From the NCBI RefSeq assembly GCF_009914755.1, contig NC_060931.1: DNA of 64,000 bases; one strand, given 5' to 3'. Position 1 is the stretch's first letter. Each line of letters opens with the position of its first letter. Under the pieces are notes generated by a model, which was not told the origin of the DNA, did not search any database, and saw nothing but the letters and a program-made list of their open reading frames with translations. Positions 1 to 17,255 of the stretch are shown here, one piece after another. Position numbers and translations under genes: made by a program. Origin of the DNA: the human T2T-CHM13v2.0 reference genome, Homo sapiens.

Positions 1-3145
<3,145 letters not shown>

Positions 3146-3169
3146 GGAAATCCACCCTCCCCCTCAAAT

Positions 3170-5192
3170 TTTTAAACAATTATGGCCAGCTGAAACAATT
3201 TCGATTCTTGCATAAAAAAGAAAAATAATTTTTGTCCAAAAGGATGTTAAAAGAAATTTTTATTTCATTTGTTAGAGAAATATAAAGAACAGACTAAGAA
3301 AAATATTTTACAAAAAGTGAAAATTTTCATTTAAGCCAAACTATTGCCCACAGAGTAAAAGCCCTTTCTAACATTATTAAAGATCCTGGGCCGGGCGCGG
3401 TGGCTCATGCCTGTAATCCCAGTACTTTGGGAGGCCGAGGCACGTGGATCACCTGAGGTCAGGAGTTCAAGACCAGCCTGACTAACAAGGTGAAACCCTG
3501 TCTCTACTAAAAATACAAAAATTAGCCGGGCTTGGTGGTGGGTGCCTGTAATCCCAGCTACTCAGGAGGCTGAGGCAGGAGAATCGCTTGAACCCAGGAG
3601 GCAGAGGTTGAGATTGAATCCAGGAGCCGAGATTGTGCCATTACGCTCCAGGCTGGGCAACACAAGCGAAACTTTGTCTCAAACAAACAAACAAAAAAAC
3701 TATAAAGGATCCTTTAATTTAAAACTTGAAAAGTTGCAAGTACTTTTCTTTGGTTTTTGATGAGTTGTGTGGTTAAGAGAAACTCACTGGACAATTAATA
3801 TTTTGAATTCTTTAATTACAGAAGAATTCCAAATTTATAAACAAATGTCAATTGTTTATAAAAATTAGAAATTATGGTGTAAATATTTTTTCATAGTTTC
3901 CATTTGTCAAAGAATTCGGTTATATATGAAAAAACTAGTTTCTATTATGACAGACACTGCTCCAGCTACTGCAGGTCAAAACCCTGAATTTATTGCAATT
4001 CATTTGGAATTTAAAACAAGGGACAGATATTTCCATTATTGCTTCTTTCCACTGTATAATACTATTGAAAGTATTTGTGTTCCATTTTATGAAGTAGACT
4101 CTAGAAAAACCATCAAGAATGTTATTGTTAAAATCTTTCAGTATTTATGTGCAAATGCTTTGAATCGCTGAGCGTTTACACAACACCTGAAAGAAACAAG
4201 ACAATGAACTTAATGATCTAGTGTTCTTTGCAAATGCTTGGGTGAGTCATGGAAGAATTTTACAATATTCACTGTATTGGTAACTCCAAGTCAAGATTTT
4301 TCTCAAACAGTAAGGGCTTTCCAAATATTCAATTATCAAAAGCAAAATGACAATATAATTTATGTTTTCTCAGTGCTATCCTGTTGGTTTTGGAACCTTG
4401 AAGAAAGGAGAGCTTATTTGTGACATAGCTAGGTATGAAAAATTATGTGGAAATAAAAACTTCCCATAATATAAATCATAACTAATGATTTAGCATTTTT
4501 CTAACATGAATAAATATGCAGAATATTTTAATTACAATCAAGAGAACCATTTAAACTGGCAGAAAAATACCATATAAATTTGAGAAACACTTTTTCTAAT
4601 CAATGGATTTAGAGTTGTTTGCCAATTTATGCATTGCCCCTTGGAATTTGACATTAGTTATACTGAGCTGATACAAGGGTAAGCTTATTTAACTTGAGAA
4701 GACATAATTTGCAAACAAAGGTGCTTTTGCTTCAAAGTTAGATCAACTCTTTCTAAAAATGGTAACCTAGTTTTGTTAATGTGGATATGAATAGTAAAGG
4801 GAAATGACTCCTGGTACCAGAGTGACTTGCTGGAGAGCTTTTATGTATGTTTGGACAGCTAGGTATGTTTGAACAACTTTTTCAACTGTAAATTTTAAAA
4901 ACTCTAAAGGCAGATCAAGTATTTCCAATACAAATCAGTGACCAAATTGAACTATACTGTGTGAACTACAAACTGGATTTTGAAGACTTACTCTGAACAC
5001 AAGAATGTAAATAGCTCATTAATATTTTTATACTGATTACATATTGAAGTAGTATTTTGGATCTGACAACTTTAATGTATTATTAATTTCACTGGTTTCT
5101 TTTTATTTTTAAAAGAAAATGTTAAAATGAGGCTACTAGAATGCTTACAATTATGCTAGTGGCTTGCCTTATGTTTCTGTTGGACACTGCTG
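3170..5192 (+). mobile_element. hAT-Charlie DNA transposon fossil (Charlie5/MER33-like) with decayed transposase
   Basis: Frameshifted motifs YFSLVFDE (~3741), KLVSIMTDTAPA (~3932), SFHCII (~4044), AWVSHGRIL (~4235), TFSTVNFKNSKGRSSIS (~4877) follow the hAT DDE/CxxH/hATC order; terminus ctgttggacactgctg. Confidence 0.85.
3389..3699 (+). mobile_element. Alu (AluSq/Sp-like) inserted in the Charlie element
   Basis: ggccgggcgcggtggctca...; (CAAA)n tail; TSD-like taaagatcct / taaaggatcct. Confidence 0.95.
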
Positions 5193-6404
5193 ATCTCAAC
5201 AGCTATTGGATTGTGCTTTTTCAGCTCCTCTTTGGGCTGGCACCTGTCAAACTCCTCCACAGCCAGCGTGCACTCAGCTCAGCCCTTACTGATGTTCTGC
5301 ACAGCTCCAGGGGCTTTCTCTAGTTCTTCCACAAACCTCTGCTGGGTCCACTTGTTCAAGGCATGGAGGACCCTTCTCTCCCACTCAAAAGATTCCTCAT
5401 TCTTAGCCTTCAGTTTCTTGAACCTTATTTTTATTTTTTCTATCAACATGCCACCCCCATTACTGCACCCTCTGTGGACTCTGAGCGTCCCTGTTCCTCT
5501 GCCAAGCACGCACTCCCATAAAACTTTCTCTCTTGGAATTCTCTTCTTCCAGCAAGACCCTCATCAAATGTCAACATGAACCTTTCTTGGGGCTTAACTT
5601 TATGTGACATCTTGCTTTTCTAAAAAGTATTCAGAACATTTTGTTTACAACTCTCTTAGAACACTTAAATTCTGCTTCAGAGAAGACTTAATTGGAACAC
5701 ACCCTAAAGAGGACCTCCACTTGTGGCCGTGAAGGAGGATACCTCAGGAAAGGATCAGGGTGATCCTAAAAAGCAGCCCAAGGGCTTTGGGGAGCAGCCG
5801 CAGCTGTGGGGACCAAAGGGCTGGACTCTGGGGAGAAGGCAAGGGCACTGTGGGGAGCACCTGGGCCCTCCAGGGCCTCCGTGGGTATCTGCTGCTTTAG
5901 CTCTCCGGGCACAGAGGGTGTTCAGAAAGGACAAGCCCAGAGCCAGGGCCATAGCGAGGGCAGCCTCACCCGCCACAGCAGAAACGGGAGATAAGGGCTG
6001 TTGGGTGACCCTCGGGGAGCAACGACTCTGCAGGAAAGGAAATAGAGGCTGCATCCAAATCCTTTTGGTCTCTGAGATGGCTGTGTGTTGGGTGAGAGGC
6101 TGAGAAATAAACCAGAAAGCAGTGGCCAAGGGCGAGTACTTGGGGGAAATGCCTGCAGCTTCATGGGTGCCGGGTGGCAAGCACCAGGATTCAGGGCCTG
6201 AGGGTGGCAGGGTTCCCTTCATGGGGGAGTCCCGAATAGCTGTGGCCCAGAGTAACAACAAACCAGAGAGCACCTGGCTGCTTGAAACCTGAAATGCAGC
6301 CCGAAACCCACATGGCCCTGACGGCCCAGGCTGGTCTACCCTTGTTACCATGAAAAATTCAAATCCTCTGCAGCAAGATAATCATCTGAAGCTTCTGCAA
6401 TTTA

Positions 6405-6840
<436 letters not shown>

Positions 6841-9545
6841 CTAGTGTTTTAAGACATGGACTATAAAATTAATATATTTAAGAAAACAGATAAAGAAATG
6901 GAGAATTTTATTAGATAATAAAATTAAGACAATCAAATAGAAAATTTAAAACTTAAAAAACCTTGAAATTAAGAGTTAAATAGAGGGGACTAACATTAAT
7001 TTAACACAGCAGATGCGAGTACCATGAATTGGATCAGTAGTATGTCTAGATTAAAGTAGAAACCAAAAATATGAAAAATATAGGAAAAAATAGTAATATA
7101 ATACATGGGAAATGTAGTTTTAGGAGAAGAGAATTAGGAAGGAGCAGTATTTGAAGAGATGCTAGCCACAAGGTTTTTTGAAACTGACAAAAGACAGTAA
7201 CAGATTAAAGAAACTCTACAAACCCCAAGAAGGAGAAATGTGAAGAAAACCACCTTAAGTCCTATGAGAGTGTAACTGCTAAAAACTGAAAAAAGTCTTC
7301 AAAGCTTTCAGAGGAAAAAAGACACACTGCCTCAAAGGAACAATGGTGCACTGGCAGCTGACTTTTCAGAAGAGGTCACGACGTACATCTTTAATGTGGT
7401 GAGAGAAAATAACTGCCAACAGAATTCAATCCTCTCCAAAATAGCCTCAAAAATGAAGGCAAAATTAAAATGATTTCAAGCAACCAAAACTCATAAGAAT
7501 TCACTGCTGGTGGGACTGTGCTGAGAGAAACACTACAGGGAAATCTTCCTGCAGTAGGAAAATGATTCCAGATGGAATCACAAAATGCAGGAGAATGAAG
7601 AGCACCAGAAAGAAATGTTGAGGGAATGCTAAGTAAATGCGACCTTTAACACAACAACAATAGTATTTATATATGGAATTAAAATACATGACAAAAACAC
7701 AAAACACATGAGAGGTAAAATGGAGCTAAAATGTTGCAAAACTCTTGAATTGACTGGAAAGTGGTAAAAGTAGTTACTGGAGGTTAACTCATGAGAAAAG
7801 GATGCCTATTGTGAATCTGGGGTGACAACTAGAAGAATAGTAACAATCCAAAAGAGGAGAAAACCAGAAGAATAAAAATATTTGATCAATTCAAAAGAAA
7901 CAAGAATATGTGCAAAACCAACAAAGAACAGTTGAGACAATTAGAAAGCAAAGAAATGAAAGGTAGATTAGAACTCACAGTTGTCATAAGTAGACTGTGC
8001 GTATGAAAATGCTGCATTTAAAAATAAAGATTGTAGACAAAAAGCAAATTCCAATTAAATGGAGCTTATAAAATATCTACATTTAATATAAAACACAGGG
8101 AAGTAGAAAATAAAAAGCACAGAAAACCGTATACCTTGAAAATGCAAAATAAAGCTAATAAAATTATCTTAAATATCAGACAAAGCAGATTTTTAAGGTA
8201 GGAGACATTACTACACATTGGCAGTTTAAACTGATATACTCCTAATGACATAGCCTTAAAATATAGATGGTAAACAGTGAAAGAATTAAAAGGACAAATA
8301 GACAAGCCCACAATTATAGTTGGAGATTTTAATACATGTCTTTCAGTACTGGTAGAAAAATGTAAGTCTTTCAGTTCTGGTAGAAAAAGCAGTTAAAACA
8401 ATCAGTAAAGATTTGGAATAATTAAATAACATTGAAAAACGATGTGAATGACCTATGTAGCACATAACCAAGAACTGCATAATTTACATTATTTTCAAAC
8501 GAAAATGAAACTTTTACCAAAACAGATGGCATGCCAGATCATAAAGCAAGTCTCAACAAGCTTCAGAGGACTGAAAGTTGGTTCTTGGAAAACACTGATA
8601 AAATTGGTAACACTTTATTCAGTAAGACTCATCAAGATAAAAAGAAAGAAAACACAAATTGACAATACCAGGACTGAAGGAGCAGAGATCTGTATAGATC
8701 TTACATACATTAAAAATGTAACAGAACATTGAAAATATTGATGAAATGGACAGATTCCTTGAAAAGTACAACTTAGCAGAACTAACATACAAAGAAACCG
8801 AGAGTCTGAATAGTCCTATATCTGGTTTAGAAATTTTGGACAGCCAAATAAAACCTGCTCACAAAAAAAACTCTCTGCCCTGTTGGCTCTTCTGGTGACT
8901 TCTTCCAAACATTTAAAGAAGATATAACATCTTATCTAACCTAAACTACTCCAAAAAATAGAAAAGAGAAAACACTTTCCTCTTCACTTTATGGGCCAAC
9001 ACCAAACCTTACCAGATTGACTCATGGGAAAGGAAAACAATAGATCAATTTCATGAATGTAGATGAAAAATCCTCAACAAAATATTATCAAGCTGAGTTC
9101 AGCTATATATTAAAAACATAATATATCAAAACCATGTAGGGTTAATTTAGGAATGAAAGGTGGATTTAACATTAGAAAATCTATCCATGTAATATTTCAA
9201 ATTAAATGAACAAATGTTAAAAACCATATGTATGTACATAAAAATCATGATAAAATTCAAAAGCCATTCATGACTAAAAAGTCTCAGAAAACTGGGAATT
9301 GAGAGAAACTTAATTTGGTAAAAGGTATCTTCAAAATATCTACAGCAAACATCATGCTTATAGTGAAGTATGGAAAGCTTTCACTCTGAGTTCAGAAATA
9401 AGAAAATGTTGTTTGCTATCACCACTTCTATTCAACATTGTACTTCACAAACAGCATGAATTACACATAGAAAAATCCAAGTGAATTTATGGAATAAAGA
9501 ATCCATAAATGGATTTAGTGAGGTTGCTGAAGCAAGAGGTTTGTC

Positions 9546-9682
9546 TTTTTTTTTTCTTTTTCCTTCTAAGACAGGGTGTCTCACTCTGTCGCCCAGGCTG
9601 GTCTCAAACTCCTGGGCTCAAGCAATCCTCCTGCCTTGACCCAAAGTGCTGGGATTATAGGCATGAGCTACTGTACCTGGCC
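9546..9682 (-). mobile_element. Alu monomer (FLAM_C-like)
   Basis: cccaggctggtctcaaactcctgggctcaagcaatcctcc, single arm. Confidence 0.85.
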
Positions 9683-9969
9683 TTTGAAGCAATATTAATA
9701 TACTAAAATAAATTTTTTCAAGAAACAATTAGAAATGGAATTTAACAAAATATTTATAATACCATAAACAAATATCTAGGAATGACTATTAAATTATGTG
9801 TAAGACTTCCACTCGGAAAATCATAAAACACTGAGAAATTAAAGAAAACCAAAACAAATGGAAGGATCTACTATGATCACAGGTTGGATGATTCATAATT
9901 AGAACGATGTCCTGTCTATCCAAGCTGATCTATAGATACCATGCAATACCAAATGAAATTGCAATAGAA

Positions 9970-10283
9970 TTTTTGTTTTTTTTGTTTTTTTGAGAGAAAT
10001 GGTCTTGCTCTGTTGCCCAGGCTGGAGTGCAGTGGTGTGATCACAGCTCACTGCAGCCACAACCTGGGCTCAAGTGATTCTTCCACCCCAGCCCCTTAAG
10101 TAGCTGGAACTGCAGGCATGTGCCACCACGGCCAGCTAATTTTAAATTTTGTTGTAGAGACTGTAGAGATGGGGTCTCCCTATGTTGCCCTGGCTTGTCT
10201 TGAACTCCTGAGCACAAGCAATCATTCTGTCTTGGCCTCCCAAAGTGCTGGGATCACAGGCGTGAGCCAATGCAACCAGCCTG
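9970..10283 (-). mobile_element. AluJ
   Basis: gatcacagctcactgcagcc and ctgggctcaag, AluJ-type diagnostics. Confidence 0.9.
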
Positions 10284-11190
10284 ATTTTTTAAAATGGCAA
10301 TTGACATTAAAAGTTTAAGAGTTGATTTTTAAAATTCACATGTAAGTACAAATGGCCAAGCTCTTCCTAATTAAAAAATAAAAAAGGGTTGATGGACTTG
10401 GACTCCTAGGAATAAAGACTTATTAAAGGCAGGGTAATTATAATAAACAGAAACAGTGCAGTGGCAGAAGGCCAAAGGAGCAGAACCGGGACTCGAGGCC
10501 CCCACACATGCCACTGCCTGCTCTGTGAAGAGAAGCATTGCAGGCCATAGAAGCTCCTTCCTGTACCCGCTCCCGGACAACGGGATACACACACTGAAAG
10601 CCCTAAAGAAACTTTACCCTGCTTCACACCACAGCAGAAATAACTCACAGGTGGATTATGGACAGAAACATGAAAAGTTAAAATAATAACATCTCTAGAT
10701 GATAAAAAAAAGAATATGGCAAAGATTTCTTAAGAGGACTCAAGAAACAATGACATAAAGAAACAAATGGCAAATAAGCTTCATTAAAGTTAAGAGCTTC
10801 TGTTTATCCAAAGACCACGAAGAGAGCTTAAACTCAGTCACAGAGCTGGAGACAAAATCCGTAATACTCGTATGTAATGAAAGGCTCGAAGACTCCTAAA
10901 CATTGACTTAAATAGAGGGAGAGACCAAACAGAAAAATGAGCAAACTCATTTTGAAATGGCACTTCAAAAAAAGCAAGATTTTAAAATGTATGAACTCAT
11001 TTTCCACCAGGGAAATCAGGGAAATGTAAATTAAAACACCGTTCTATGTTATTACAGACGCACAAGAATGGCTGAAGGCTTAAAAATGGACAATACCGAA
11101 TGGAGGCAAGGTGTGGTGTGAATGGAAGCCTCCTGCCCTGCTAGTGGGTGTGTACACTGGTAACCACTTTGGAAATTACTTGGCAGCATT

Positions 11191-11312
11191 CATTTTTTAA
11201 TAAATTTATTTTTAATGGACACACGGTAACTGTACATATTTATGGGGTATACTTTGATGCTTTGATACATATCTATGTGGTATGATGATCCCATCAGGGT
11301 ATTAGCATATCT
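11191..11312 (-). mobile_element. L1MA 3' end fragment
   Basis: tgtacatatttatggggta...tcagggtattagcatatc. Confidence 0.7.
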
Positions 11313-12617
11313 ACTGGCAGTATTTAGGAAGACTAACTCTATGTATAGCCTATGACCAGTAAATATAAGATAAACACAAATGTAAATATAAATGTGTGTA
11401 CATATACACACATACCTAAAGTAACATGTGCATCTGTGCATGAGATGATGACTAAGAATATAACAGCAGCATTATTTGCTATGCCTCAAACTGAGTAACC
11501 CATATGTCCATGAACAGTTGATTGGATAAATACATCATATTTTTTTGAGTGGAATACTATACAGCAAGAAAATAAAACATGGTAACTCCATGCAACATGG
11601 ATGAACCTCCTTGCAAAATGCTGAGTGAAAGAACCCAGAGACCAGGAGTTCCTTTTGCATGATTCCGAGGTAATGTTTTCAAAAAGAGAAAAGTTGTCTC
11701 TGGTGCCAGAACTCTGAATAACACTGCTTTTCAGGAGAGAGGTGGGGTAGACACCGGGTGGCTGCAGGGTCCCTGTTGAGAGTTGTATCCCACATCTCGA
11801 TCTGGTGCTGTGTTCGCCTGGTAAACATGCATTCTGAACATATACTGCATTAGCAAACGTTTAGCATATGTAACACTGCCACAGAGCCTTGGTAAGCAAA
11901 GAATTGTAAATATGCTCTGAATTTTCTCGGTGTCTTGGGAGCAATTCCAAAGCTGTGTGGCCACTGCGCCAGGCTCACACACCAGTGCCGCTCCCTCTGG
12001 CTTCTCCTCAACACCCCTTCCTCAGAAGGCAAATGTCCCCCACCGGTGCCGTTTTGCTTCCCACTGATTCTCTCCTTGGCTGCATTCATCTCTCCAAATC
12101 ACCTTTTTCCCTCTCTTATTTTTTCTCCTTCCCTCTCTCTTCCACCCCATGTGTTTCTGTGGAGTGGGGTTGGCACTTACAGCCATTGCTCAGAGATGAG
12201 CATGCTTTTGGTCCAGTTAGCAAGCCATCCAAATACATGTTTGCTGGGTTTCTCAGTGATATTCTTCATTACTCACTGCTCGTTTTAAATTTTCACTTCC
12301 ACGTATGGATCTGCCAATGGGCAATGGAGGTAGTAGAAAGTGTGGCTTCCGGAAAGGGGGACCAGAGTCTGCTCATTAGCAATGGTGGGAAAGGATTTTG
12401 GAGGCCACGTCCATCTGACAGTGACAGAGGTGCAGGCTGCAGTGATGAGAGCCTGGGTTGAAATCAGGGCTCTGCGTGCACCAGCTCAGCAACCCTGCAA
12501 TGTCCAGCGACCTTCCTGGGGCTGCACTCTCCACCTGGAGAAACTGGGTCAGTGGCAGTACTTGCCTGATGATGTTAACATCTGTAAAGTACTTGACACG
12601 GTGCATATTAGCAGTTA

Positions 12618-12902
12618 CAGCTGTCCCTTGGTATCCACAGGGGATTGGGTCCAATCCCCCTCCCCCAATCTTGCCCCCCTTACCCCATGCCAAAGTCCAT
12701 GAATGTGCAAGTCCCACATTTGCCCCTTCAGGACCCGTGGATATATGAAGCTGGTCCTCTGTATCTGCAGGCTTCTCATCCTGAGAATAGGCCATACTTC
12801 TGATCTGTGGTATCCATCAATACAGAGGGCTGACTGTATTGAAAAATATTCTCAGAGAAGTGGACCATGCAGTTCAAACCCGTGTTGTCTGAGGAGCAAC
12901 CG
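12618..12902 (+). mobile_element. TcMar-Tigger non-autonomous element (MER2/MER2B-like)
   Basis: TA then cagctgtcccttggtatccacaggggattgg at the start; gcagttcaaacccgtgttgt near the end. Confidence 0.8.
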
Positions 12903-14359
12903 TGCTGTGGACCCTGCTGGACTGGCATGGACTGGAACCGTCTCTGTCAGTCCCTGGGTCACAGGGGCAGCTGTCACCATAGGATGACTCCCCTACAAAG
13001 CTGGTCCTGTATTTGTTGTGAGCGTCAACACTGCACACTTTGGGATGTGTTCTAAGAAGTAAGTAGCTCCATTTCCCGTGTATAAAATAAGAACATGGCT
13101 ACTGAAGGCTTTCTTGGCTTATTGGGCTATTTTGGAGAAGAAATGTTCAATGCCCGCAAAGCATTCTGCTTCCTGGGTATAATTACTGAGACAATGGAGC
13201 ACGTTATTTTTATAATTCGGACTTTAGAATTGACAGACTCTCACAGCTCTCAGGAAGTGGCACTGGACCCTGCTTCTGACAGAAGGACGTGGGATGAGCC
13301 CCAAGCCTAGAGCTGCACACCAGCTCTGGACACTATGTGGTCACCAGCAGAATGACATCCAACACAGACATGCACTTTTTTCAGCTCAGAAGTGCCACAG
13401 GCAGGTGACGAATGATGCCTACAGATGGAGGGGTGTGTTCTGTGCCCTAAAGGATCAGTGTTCATAGGCGGGATAATTCCTGATGCTCTTGGGTTGCCTA
13501 ATTAAATATGTCATGCTGTACATATGTGAAGGAAACAGATGTGTGTAAAAAATAGGGATTGTTCAATATAGGAAAATAAGATAAAATTTTCAGATTCAAT
13601 TTCCCTGGGTCAGCTTACTTCCTTAAAGTTTTCCTCTTTCTCTTTAGCAACTTAAAAATTTAAACATATACAGTAAAATAGTAAACATATATAGTAAATT
13701 ATACTCCATAAAATATAAGTATAATAGAACAAATATTAATATTGTACCAGATTTTAAAAATAACTAGAATATGATAGGCCTTCCTCACTTTTCAAAGTGC
13801 AGCCCTGTATCAAAGGTAGACTTATTCTTTCTGAGAATTACCAACCATAGTTGAGATGCCTGAACAATAAAAAGCATAGCTCAATTACATTTGCTGGCTT
13901 TCTTAGCTGGATTCTCAACCACTCCTAACTTGTTTATTTTACACTTCCAAGTATGGATCTCCTAATGGACTGTTGTTAGGGTCTAGAAATATTCCATTTA
14001 TCATTGATTTTTATCTGACATACTGGCAAACATTTCGATTACATTTTAGCAAAGAGAAATAAAATATGTAGTGATTGATACATAGAATAAGCTGAATAGC
14101 CTCCATTTTATTTAGTGCTAATGATACGTAAGACAGATTTAATCCTAATTCACCAGAGCTCTTCCTATAGAGAAACTGCCGTTCTGGGACCAAAACCTCT
14201 ACCCCCAACCCAAATGAACAATGATTTGATTGGTCAAATCATCTGCACTATGTCATCATTAGTTACCAAGAGACCCACTAAAGATGCAGGTGTGCAGGGG
14301 CCATCTCACCTCACTGCCAGGGAAGAGTGGGCAGCATTTAATAAGCCCTCATCACAACC

Positions 14360-14558
14360 TCACGTGCCATGCTAAGCCCTTCACATCTACCGACACATCA
14401 AGTTCTCACAACAGCCCTCTGAAGGGGGCTTCTTAGTCTCCACACATTACAGAAGCACAGACAAGTTAAGTACTTTGTCCAAGGTCACACAGCTGCTAAG
14501 AGACTGACCCAGGATTTGAACCCAGACAGCCTGACTCCACCTTCATGCTCTTAAACAC
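14360..14558 (-). mobile_element. MIR
   Basis: tgtccaaggtcacacagct...ggatttgaacccagacagcctgactcca core. Confidence 0.85.
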
Positions 14559-14914
14559 GTTGTAGCATCTCTCTAATAGAGCACCTACAGCCAAAACACA
14601 GGAGCTTCTGGATGGCAAGGGTGAGATCCTATTTTTTCTGTATTTTCCACGCATTTGCATAATGGCTAAGTATTTAATAAATGATAGCTGAGCTGAGTTC
14701 CTATCCAAGGTCAGCATTATCTCTTTACATAATAAATGCAGAGTATTTAAATAAAAATGTAAATGTTAACATCATATTTAATGGCAGCATTCTCCATGGG
14801 AGTCTTATTGGCTTAGCACACAGAGGGCTCCAGGCTGGGTGGCGCCTAGAAGGCCTAAATGGAAACTTTGCTTGTCTTGTATTCTTTGCAGAATTACTAA
14901 TTTCTGCTCCTTAC

Positions 14915-15012
14915 CTGAAGAGGCACAGAATTATGCTTCCTGTTGCAAGAGACATCAGAGAGACACTGTAGCCCAGGGTATAAATGGCCTTCACCAGAAT
15001 ATAAAACGTGAT
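14915..15012 (-). CDS. VIPR2: VIPR2 coding exon 5, transmembrane helix 1
   Basis: Reverse complement ttttctttctttgtag|ATCACGTTT...CTCTTCAG|gtaagg; 98 nt; translates ITFYILVKAIYTLGYSVSLMSLATGSIILCLF(R), the secretin-family TM1 (Y-T-x-G-Y-S-x-S-L). Phase 0 start is compatible with exon 4. Confidence 0.97.
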
Positions 15013-16149
15013 CTACAAAGAAAGAAAACAGATCTGTAAGCTGAGGGTGACCAGCAACACCAGACAACAGGAATGGTTCCAGGATCCAGCCCTGTGCTCT
15101 GGCCATGAAGGACTCTTGCCTGCCTGGAAGGCACGAGATAGTCTCGCTTTATAATTCCACCTCCATTTTGAACCAAAAAATGACACCCACAATTTGGAAC
15201 CTCCACTTTTTTCTTATAATTCATCATGAATGACTTTGGATGGTTCCTGTAAAGCACCTCTGTCTGGAGGGAACACGACCCGCCACCATCAGGGAAAGCA
15301 AAGGAAGGAAGCGCTGAGCTAAGTTCAGAAAGAGAGCTCAGTCTGTCTCCGAGGCAGCACATCCAGCTTTCTGACACTCCTGGATGAGCTCAGGTGGACA
15401 CACAGGTCTGAGTGTGTTAAACACTATTACCTACAGGCACAGGGTGAGGTGTTCCAGACAGAGGTACTTGCCTAAGCCAGAGCCAGCTGCTGAGCTGCAG
15501 TATCTTGGGAATTTTATTTCCTTAACATTTCTTGGTTTAGCAAGGTTCATGGCTTGATACTTTTAATCTCCACGAAATCATCAGGTACAGGAGGGATTCA
15601 TGATCATCATGGTGGCAGAATCACAGGGAGTTCTATGACAACAGGGAATCCTACACAAAAAGAACTGGGTCCTCTAGAAGGAAAACCAGTGCCTGTTGCG
15701 ATAAAAACCAGCAACACCTGCAGGGCATCATCATCACTCGCCACTCCCAAAGGCCGCTTCCTGGTCTGCATTTTCTTGATAAAGCTAATTCCTATAAAAT
15801 AAAGAGGGAAACAATCCACGTGTGCTTATGTGATGAATTTTATTTTTGTCAAGAGGCCCTAAGTCCGTATAAGTACAACCAAACCTCACTGTTATTTTGC
15901 AATACAAAATTTAAGGCAAAACTCAGAAAGTTATGCTCTTGTTTATTAGTTTGGCTCTTAAGTATAACTTTACTGTTTAATCATTTAGAACATATTAACC
16001 CATTTACTTTGCATTGCAGGAATCTCTTCTTGGGAACCTCGGCCCTGCTTACTTAGGACAGCTCAGAGAAGAGCACAGAGTAGTCCTGGCCAGATCCCTT
16101 CTCCTTGCTATTCCTCATCCTTCCCGACTCCACTCACGAGAATATGTCA

Positions 16150-17255
16150 TTAACCACCACCCTCACCTCACCTAACCACCACTCTCAACTTACCTAACCC
16201 GTACTCACTTCAACTACCACCCTCACCTCACCTAACCATCACATCACTTCACCCAACTACCACCCTCACCTCACCTAACCACAAGTCTCATCTAACCCAT
16301 ACTCCACCTAACCATGACCCTCACCTCATCTAACCTCCATTCTCAACTCATCTAACCATCCCCTTCACCTAACCACCATCTCACTTCACCTAACAGTCAC
16401 CTTCACTTCACCTAACCACTCTCCTCACCTTATCTAACCACCACTATCAACTCATCCAACCCATCCTCACTTCACTTACCCACCACCCTCACCTCACGGA
16501 ACCCATCTTCACCTCACCTAACCACTAACCTCACCTCACCTAATCACCACCTTCACCTCACCTAACCATCACCCTCACCTCACCTAATCACCACCTTCAC
16601 TCACCTAACCACTAACTTCACCTCACCTAATCACCACTCTCAACTTACCTAATCTGTACTCACTTCACCTAACCACCCCCACTCACCTCGCCTAACCATC
16701 ACTTCACCCAACCACCACCCTCACCTCAAGCCTCATCTAACCCATACTTCACCTAACCATGACCCTCACCTCATCCAACCACCATTCTCAATTCATCTAA
16801 CCATCTCCTTCACCTAACCACCATCTCACTTCACCTATCAACTTCACTTCACCTAACCACTCTTCTCACCTAACCACCACTCTCAATTCATCTAACCCAT
16901 ACTCACTTCGCTTACCCACCATATTCACCTCACTTATCCATAACTCTTACCTCACCTAACTGCCACCCTCACATCATCTAACAACCACCTTCATCTCCAC
17001 CTAACCACTTTACTCACTTTATCTAGCCACCACCCTCACCTCATCCAACACATACTCCCTTCACTTACCCACCACCTGACTCACCTCATGGAACCCATCT
17101 TCACCTCACCTAACCACTAACCTCACTTCACCTAACCACCACTCTGAACTCATCTAACCTATATTCACTTCAACTAACCACAGCCTGCACCTTACCTGAC
17201 CCACCCTCACCTCACCTAACAGCCACCCTCACATCACGTAACCACCACCTTCACT
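16150..17255. repeat. Degenerate (CACCT/CACCTAAC)n low-complexity array, almost G-free on the plus strand
   Basis: Continuous ctcacctcacctaaccacc variants; internal blocks recur (16181 vs 16636; 16489 vs 17081). Confidence 0.92.

Noticed and set aside
15120-15791. Possible discoidin-like exons (PLGVAS...; HPKSFMMNY...IKRDYLVPSRQAR) behind AG acceptors
   Set aside because: Only short motif resemblance, weak or non-GT donors, and they sit right next to the real VIPR2 exon 5; the evidence is insufficient.
16150-17255. Interstitial telomere or fusion site (also gggttagg at 63630-63800)
   Set aside because: There are no runs of CCCTAA/TTAGGG and no head-to-head inversion.
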